This document shows positions 58,421-64,000 of a DNA stretch of 64,000 nt, piece after piece. The stretch is from assembly GCA_039208735.1 (NCBI GenBank), contig JBCCQY010000011.1:31563-95562 (forward strand), written 5' to 3'. Source of the DNA: Myxococcota bacterium. Lineage in GTDB: Bacteria > Myxococcota_A > UBA796 > GCA-2862545. Made by a program: the position numbers and the translations under genes. The stretch's first letter is position 1. Each line of letters begins with the position of its first letter. The notes beneath the pieces are model-generated. The model was not told the DNA's origin. It saw nothing but the letters and a program-made list of their open reading frames with translations, and did no database searches.

Positions 58421-59485
58421 ATGGAGCCCTTCGTTGAGATGAACGCTCTCGGCCATGAGCAGATCATGCTCTGCCGGAACCCCGACGTCGGCCTAAAGGC
58501 CATCATCGCGATCCATGACACAACCCTCGGGCCTTCGCTCGGGGGTTGTCGCCTTTACAACTATGCATCTGACGCGGATGCACTTCGGGATGTGCTTCGG
58601 TTGTCCCGGGGGATGACCTACAAGGCCGCGGTGGCTGGCCTCGACATTGGAGGTGGGAAGTCCGTGATCATTGGCGATCCATCCATCAAGAGTGAGCCGT
58701 TGTTCCGCGCCTTTGGTCGGCACATCCAGTCGCTCGGGGGTCGCTACATCACCGCCGAGGACATGAACACGAATGTGGAGGACATGAACTTCATCGCCCG
58801 CGAAACGTCCTTCGTGATGGGGGCTGGAGCCCACCTTGGAGGGAGTGGAAACCCTTCCCCGATCACCGCTTGGGGCGTGTTTCACGGCATCCGTGCGTGT
58901 CTCGAGGTGGCGTATGGTAGCGCTGACGTCACCGATCGGACGGTGGCCATCCAGGGGGTGGGCAATGTGGGCTACCACCTGGCCCGCTACCTCCACGAGC
59001 ACGGCGCTCGCATCGTGGTGAGCGACATCAACATGCGCAACGTACGTCGCGCGGTCGAGGAGTTCGGGGCGAAGGTGGTGGAAGGCGAAGACATCTTCGA
59101 AGTCGAATGCGATGTGTTTGCCCCTTGCGCCATTGGAGGCATCGTCAACGAGCGGACCATTCCCATGCTGCGGTGTCCGATCGTTGCCGGTGGCGCCAAC
59201 AACATCCTTGAGGACGAAGAGGCCGACGCGGTTCGTCTTGGGGAGCGCGAGATTCTCTACGGACCGGATTACGTGCTCAATGCGGGCGGATTGATGAGTG
59301 TGTACTCCGAGTTGAAGGGCTGGCCACGTGACAAGGCCCTCGATGACGCCGAGAACATCTTCAATACCGTCAAGCGCGTTCTTCACAGGGCCCGCGCCGA
59401 AGAAGTGTCCACGGTCACGGCGAGCAATCGTCTTGCTGTGGAGCGCATCGAGGCGATGGCCCAACTCAAGCGTCTGAGGGTCTAA
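58421..59485 (+). CDS. ldh: Leucine (Leu/Phe/Val) dehydrogenase
   Basis: IHDTTLGPSLGG, GMTYK, GGGK, ITAED, GVGNVG, GGANN and NAGG. Confidence 0.9.
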   Translation: MEPFVEMNALGHEQIMLCRNPDVGLKAIIAIHDTTLGPSLGGCRLYNYASDADALRDVLRLSRGMTYKAAVAGLDIGGGKSVIIGDPSIKSEPLFRAFGRHIQSLGGRYITAEDMNTNVEDMNFIARETSFVMGAGAHLGGSGNPSPITAWGVFHGIRACLEVAYGSADVTDRTVAIQGVGNVGYHLARYLHEHGARIVVSDINMRNVRRAVEEFGAKVVEGEDIFEVECDVFAPCAIGGIVNERTIPMLRCPIVAGGANNILEDEEADAVRLGEREILYGPDYVLNAGGLMSVYSELKGWPRDKALDDAENIFNTVKRVLHRARAEEVSTVTASNRLAVERIEAMAQLKRLRV

Positions 59486-59488
59486 TCC

Positions 59489-60316
59489 ATGGCCGTGCAC
59501 ATCCTGGTCCCACTCGACAACTCCGCCTACTGCGCATCGGCCTCGGAGATCGCATTGCAGATCGCCGCGGCCCAGCCCTCGCGGGTCACGGCGCTGCGCG
59601 TGGTCAACGTTCGCCCAAAGAGCGGCAACATCCTCGATGATCTATCGGGTCATCTCGGGTTCGAGCCCGCGGTGGTTCCCGAAGATGTCGCCCGTGAACG
59701 CGACAACGAGGCGGCGGCGATGGTCTCGGACTGGGTTCAGCGTGCACGGGAACGGGGCATCGAGGCCCATGGCAGCGTCGAAGTGGGCGGGGTGGCCCAG
59801 ACGGTCAAGAAGTACGCCGCCGACGCGGATTTAGTGGTCATGGGGCTGCGTGGCGAGACCGAAGAGCGGTTCCCCAAGCAGGGTGGTGAGATGGCCGGTT
59901 GGATTACCCAGCAGGTCAACATCTCCGTCCTCTTTGGCACGCCCGAGGCCAATGCCATCACCAATGTGGCGGTGGGGTACGACGGGTCAGAAGGTGCCCG
60001 GCATGCCGTCCGAGAGGTGCGCCGGTTTCTCGCCCCGTTGGGCATCCCCATTCACGCCGTGTACGTCTCGAAGGACGGGTCGGGCGACGAGGCCCTGTCC
60101 GAGGTGGATGAGCAGCTCCCCGACAGCACCGTCCACCACCACGTGGTGCGTGGCGAATCCGTCGAAGAAGCGCTGATCGACAAGGCCATCGAGCTGAATG
60201 CCGAAGTGTTGGTCCTCGGCTTTCAGGGCCGCAACGCAGTCAAGGATTTCCTCTTTGGAACTTGTACGGAGCGGGTACTGTTGTCCGGGCAGCTCGCGGT
60301 GATGGTCACTCACTGA
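59489..60316 (+). CDS. Universal stress protein (tandem Usp domains)
   Basis: ILVPLDNS, DLVVMG, VAVGYDGS and FLFGTCTERV. Confidence 0.9.
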   Translation: MAVHILVPLDNSAYCASASEIALQIAAAQPSRVTALRVVNVRPKSGNILDDLSGHLGFEPAVVPEDVARERDNEAAAMVSDWVQRARERGIEAHGSVEVGGVAQTVKKYAADADLVVMGLRGETEERFPKQGGEMAGWITQQVNISVLFGTPEANAITNVAVGYDGSEGARHAVREVRRFLAPLGIPIHAVYVSKDGSGDEALSEVDEQLPDSTVHHHVVRGESVEEALIDKAIELNAEVLVLGFQGRNAVKDFLFGTCTERVLLSGQLAVMVTH

Positions 60317-60341
60317 CCGCTTCACGGGTTATGCGCGACGT

Positions 60342-61178
60342 GTGCGCATCGAACCTGCCATTCCGGGCGGAGCGGGCGAACCTGCCGCTCCTTTCACGGT
60401 TCACACCGACGTCTTCGAGGGTCCCCTCGATCTGCTTTTGTACTTGGTGAAGCGGGACGGCATCGACCTACGAGATCTCTCGGTGGCCCATATTGCCGAT
60501 GCATACCTCGAGTATCTCGGTCGTATGCAAGCGCTCGACCTGTCTTTGGCGGCGGACTGGCTCGTGATGGCCGCCACCCTCATTCACCTCAAGAGCCTTG
60601 AACTCTTCCCACGGGCCTCGGCAGAAATCCTCGATGATGAAGAAGCGCTCGACCCGAAGGAGCAGCTTCGTCGTCAGCTCGAGGACTACGAACGCGTCAA
60701 GGCCGCGGCAGAGGCCCTGGAGTCCCGCCCGTGGGCAGGTCGTGACTTCTATGCGCGGGCGCCCCTCGAACGTCGCCGAGGTCCGCGTCCGGTTCGCACC
60801 GACCTGTCGCCCTTTGGATTGCTCGACCTCTACCATGCGATGTTGGTGCGCAAAGACAAGGTGGATGCTGTCGTACAGATGCACAACAGTGGCCCCGACG
60901 TTGGGGAGTGCTGTGCGCGCGTGCTCAATCGCCTGGGCAAGGTCAACGCCACGATTGACCTCGTTCCATTGCTGCGCTCCTTGCCCACGGGCGCAGAACG
61001 GGTCGTGACGTTCGTGGGCACGCTCGAGATGTGTCGATTGCACTGGCTCGAGGTCGAACAAGAGGTCCATCTCGGCCCCGTGACCGTGCGGCAGGTTCGA
61101 CCCACCGACAAGATGGATCTCGCCCTCATTTTGGGGGATGAGCACGCAGGCGACGTGGGAGCGCGGCTTGTCGGATAA
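60342..61178 (+). CDS. scpA: Segregation and condensation protein A
   Basis: FEGPLDLLLYLV, WLVMAATLIHLKS and VVTFVGTLEM. Confidence 0.93.
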   Translation: MRIEPAIPGGAGEPAAPFTVHTDVFEGPLDLLLYLVKRDGIDLRDLSVAHIADAYLEYLGRMQALDLSLAADWLVMAATLIHLKSLELFPRASAEILDDEEALDPKEQLRRQLEDYERVKAAAEALESRPWAGRDFYARAPLERRRGPRPVRTDLSPFGLLDLYHAMLVRKDKVDAVVQMHNSGPDVGECCARVLNRLGKVNATIDLVPLLRSLPTGAERVVTFVGTLEMCRLHWLEVEQEVHLGPVTVRQVRPTDKMDLALILGDEHAGDVGARLVG

Positions 61179-61800
61179 CGGGATCATCGCATTTCCCGGT
61201 CGCGATGGCGGGGTGGATCAAGAGGTGGTCGCGGCGGTAGAGGCCTGTTTGTTCGCATCGGGGGACCCTGTGAAGGTGCGGGTCCTCGCCGAAGCGGTGC
61301 GGCAACCCACGTCGGTGGTGCGAGCGGTGCTGGCTCATCTCGCCCAACGCAACCAGGCTGGCGGCATCGTGCTCGAACGGATCGGAGAGGGCTGGCGGTA
61401 CCGCACGGCGGAGCGTTTCGCGTCGACGATCCAGCGCTTGACGGGCACGCGGCCGACCAAGCTCTCCCAGGCAGCCCTTGAGGTGCTTGCGGTCATTGCG
61501 TACCGTCAGCCCGTGACCCGACCGGCGATCGAAGCGCTGCGGGGGGTCGACAGTGGCGGTGTCCTCAAGACCCTGCTGGACCGGGGACTTGTGCGGTCCG
61601 CGGGTCGTGCCGAAGACCCTGGACGACCGCTGCTCTACCGCACGACCACACGGTTTCTTGAGACGTTTGGACTCGCGAACCTCAAGGCACTACCCACCCT
61701 TTCGGAACGGGCGTCGCTCGTCCGCACGCAAGACGATGAGGCGATCGTCGATGGGGACGAAGTTGAACTGGAACCTGCGATCGTGGGTGGGGAGGAATGA
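61138..61800 (+). CDS. scpB: Segregation and condensation protein B
   Basis: EACLFASG, LSQAALEVLAVIAYRQPVTR, RGVDS and GRPLLYRTT. Confidence 0.95.
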   Translation: MSTQATWERGLSDNGIIAFPGRDGGVDQEVVAAVEACLFASGDPVKVRVLAEAVRQPTSVVRAVLAHLAQRNQAGGIVLERIGEGWRYRTAERFASTIQRLTGTRPTKLSQAALEVLAVIAYRQPVTRPAIEALRGVDSGGVLKTLLDRGLVRSAGRAEDPGRPLLYRTTTRFLETFGLANLKALPTLSERASLVRTQDDEAIVDGDEVELEPAIVGGEE

Positions 61801-61816
61801 GGGGCACGCGAGCCAC

Positions 61817-63091
61817 TTAGTTGCGCAGGGGCTCGCACTTGGAGTCATACGTGTCGTGGGCACAGCCAAACTCGGCGCACAAGCGAAAGAGTTCCCCTGC
61901 CGTCCAAGCCTCCTCTGGTCGAAAGCCGACGTTGGGATTTCCACATTCGGTGAGTCGTTGGCGAACTTCATCCATGGTGAGGGCCTCGGAGTGGTCTCCG
62001 AGCGAGTAGCGGGGACCGTCCGCTTCTGGAGGCGCGCGGTGAAGCTGCACCATCTGGCGACTGCGCTGGATGAACGTCCGTAATCTGTTCTGGTGTCTGG
62101 TGAGGCCGGCCACCCGGACATCTCGAGTGGGGGTGAGTCCAAGCCAGAAGAATTCGTTACCACCGGGTGGAAGCTTGAGGCGCTCGTTTGGCGCGACGGC
62201 GGCCACGTTGATGATGTTGAACCTGCCTTTCTGATCCGCGGGTCCCAAGATGCCGCGCCGCGCCCACTTCCCCACCGGGAGGGTTGGATCGGCGAACGGC
62301 ACGTCGGCGGGGTCGATATTCCGTGTGGTCCACCAAAGCCGTTCCTCGGCGTAAAAGACGGCGATGGTTGCCGACGCAAGCAACGCGCCCACCGAGCTGC
62401 ACATGATGGCGAGAGCCCGTGCCTCGTCCACGGCGAGCTCCCGATGGGGACTCCCAAACCCTGCGAGAAGGCTGTGGATAAACCCCCCGGCTATCACGAC
62501 GTGAATCCACCATTCGGAGTTTTGGAGATGAGGAAGAGAGGGTTGGGCCCACACCAGCATGGCTCCACCCATCGCGAGCAACGCACTGGTCCGACGAAGC
62601 CGATGAGCCCGTGCGCCAGAGCGTATCGCAAGCAGGGCCAATGGAAGTTGCATCAACCAGTAGCCAGCGGGGCCCCAGACCTCGGGGCGGCCTCGATCAA
62701 GGCTGGCCCACACGGAGGAGCCAAGAATGGCAAAGACGATGAGTCCCAGCAGCACCGTGGAGTGGCCCAGGCCTTGCGGGCGCGGAGGATGGTTCGGGTC
62801 TCCCCCCTTGGGTTCTCGCGCGACCAGCCCCAACAAGGCGAATCCGCACGCGGTGAGCAGACACCAGATGCCCATTAGTCGTGCCAAGAGCACCATGGTT
62901 TCATCGATCTCGGTCCCTCGAGAGGAAAGGAGCGAAACGGCCGGAGCAGCTAGGGCCAGACCGACCCCAACCACCAACCAAGCCGGCGGGTCCCAACGGC
63001 GCACGATCATCACCAGGGGGCTTACGAGCAGCACCATGGCGAACGTCACGTACCACCAGACCGCTGGGTCCATCCAATCGATGCTCCGCAA
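61817..63091 (-). CDS. Membrane protein with about 8 TM helices and a soluble C-terminal domain
   Basis: 424 aa ORF: hydrophobic N-terminal two thirds and a C-terminal domain with four Cys. Confidence 0.65.
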   Translation of the reverse strand: MRSIDWMDPAVWWYVTFAMVLLVSPLVMIVRRWDPPAWLVVGVGLALAAPAVSLLSSRGTEIDETMVLLARLMGIWCLLTACGFALLGLVAREPKGGDPNHPPRPQGLGHSTVLLGLIVFAILGSSVWASLDRGRPEVWGPAGYWLMQLPLALLAIRSGARAHRLRRTSALLAMGGAMLVWAQPSLPHLQNSEWWIHVVIAGGFIHSLLAGFGSPHRELAVDEARALAIMCSSVGALLASATIAVFYAEERLWWTTRNIDPADVPFADPTLPVGKWARRGILGPADQKGRFNIINVAAVAPNERLKLPPGGNEFFWLGLTPTRDVRVAGLTRHQNRLRTFIQRSRQMVQLHRAPPEADGPRYSLGDHSEALTMDEVRQRLTECGNPNVGFRPEEAWTAGELFRLCAEFGCAHDTYDSKCEPLRN

Positions 63092-63193
63092 CCTACCTCC
63101 CCTACCTTCGATAGGTTACAGCTCGCATCCCGGCAACGACGCCGGACCCTCCCTCGGATTCGTCGGGACGACGCGCCGAGGTGGAGAACATCG

Positions 63194-64000
63194 ATGTCTC
63201 GTTCACCGAATGGAACGCCGCGCGAAGTGCGGCTCGCGAAACTGATTGCACGCCGCGGTCTGGCCTCGCGCCGGGGCGCTGAAGCTTGGATTGCCGAAGG
63301 GCGAGTGACGGTAAACGGGGAGGTTGCGGACGGCACCCAGCCCGTTGATCCTCAAGCGGACGAAGTGCGTGTCGACAGCCGCCCTCTTCCCCCCAAGCCT
63401 CCGTTGATGGTGTACGCGCTGTACAAGCCGCGGGGGGTCATCACAAGCCGTGACGATCCGGAAGGGCGCACCAGTGTCTTCGACTTGTTGGAGGGGATTG
63501 GCGGCCGGGTCGAAGCCGTGGGACGGCTTGACTTTGACACCGAGGGATTGCTGCTGCTCACCAACGATGGAGAACTGGCCCACGCGCTGACCCACCCCAC
63601 GCGGAGGGTGCCCAAGCGCTACCTCGCCAAGGTCTACCGGACGCCCGATGCACGCGATCTGCAAGCCATCGAGCGAGGGGTGATGCTCGAGGATGGACGA
63701 ACCCAACCTGCCAAGGCTCGCATCGTTGAGGCGACCGACAAGGAAAACGCCTGGGTTGAAATCACGGTCACCGAAGGCCGTAATCGACTCATTCGGCGCA
63801 TGATGGGGACGCTTGGGCACCCCGTTTCGAAGCTGCGGCGTGAGAGTTTCGCCACCATCAGCCTTCGGGGGATGGAACGGGGCGACTTGCGGCCGCTGAC
63901 CGGGGCGGAGATCCAACGCCTCCGTGACATCGCGGAAGGTCATACACCGGCTCGCGCAGGAAAACGTCGTCGCGCGGGTTTTGCTCGGCCAAAGCCGAAG
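63194..64000 (+). CDS. rluB: rRNA pseudouridine synthase (RluB/RsuA family); 3' end runs off the window
   Basis: Not in the ORF track. Manual translation gives the S4 domain RLAKLIARRGLASRR..GRVTVNG, YKPRG, GRLDFDTEGLLLLTNDG (catalytic Asp) and EGRNRLIRRM. Adjacent to scpAB. Confidence 0.9.
   Translation, partial: MSRSPNGTPREVRLAKLIARRGLASRRGAEAWIAEGRVTVNGEVADGTQPVDPQADEVRVDSRPLPPKPPLMVYALYKPRGVITSRDDPEGRTSVFDLLEGIGGRVEAVGRLDFDTEGLLLLTNDGELAHALTHPTRRVPKRYLAKVYRTPDARDLQAIERGVMLEDGRTQPAKARIVEATDKENAWVEITVTEGRNRLIRRMMGTLGHPVSKLRRESFATISLRGMERGDLRPLTGAEIQRLRDIAEGHTPARAGKRRRAGFARPKPK

Noticed and set aside
63203..63943. Minus-strand 246-aa ORF at the window end
   Set aside because: It is the antisense shadow of the rluB gene on the + strand.

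Overview
This is a GC-rich, gene-dense bacterial window. It most likely comes from a Myxococcota-like deltaproteobacterium, inferred from the Ser/Thr kinases, sigma54 enhancer-binding protein, S1 paralog and many lipoproteins. About 50 CDS and one tRNA-Ala(CGC) can be supported. I found no mobile element, CRISPR array or rRNA. Housekeeping blocks are queA-tgt, yajC-secD-secF, scpA-scpB-rluB and an acyl-CoA catabolic run (hbd-crt-acyl-CoA dehydrogenase-B12-binding subunit). The most unusual items are: (1) an ECF sigma factor fused through a transmembrane helix to an apparently intact peptidoglycan glycosyltransferase (GT51) domain, preceded by an ECF-type promoter; (2) a full-length eukaryote-type PFK-2/FBPase-2; (3) two beta-propeller lipoproteins with nested domains, followed by a degenerate kinase-STAND ATPase-HK-receiver hybrid and an orphan FliA-type sigma factor with a sigma54 promoter; (4) a pseudo-C39 peptidase and a pseudo-radical SAM protein upstream of a sigma54 activator; (5) a mini DnaA/Hda-like ATPase; (6) boxCB without boxA. 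All domain calls come from reading motifs by eye; no database search was run. Where I give a start codon different from the ORF track, it is my estimate from RBS and overlap context.
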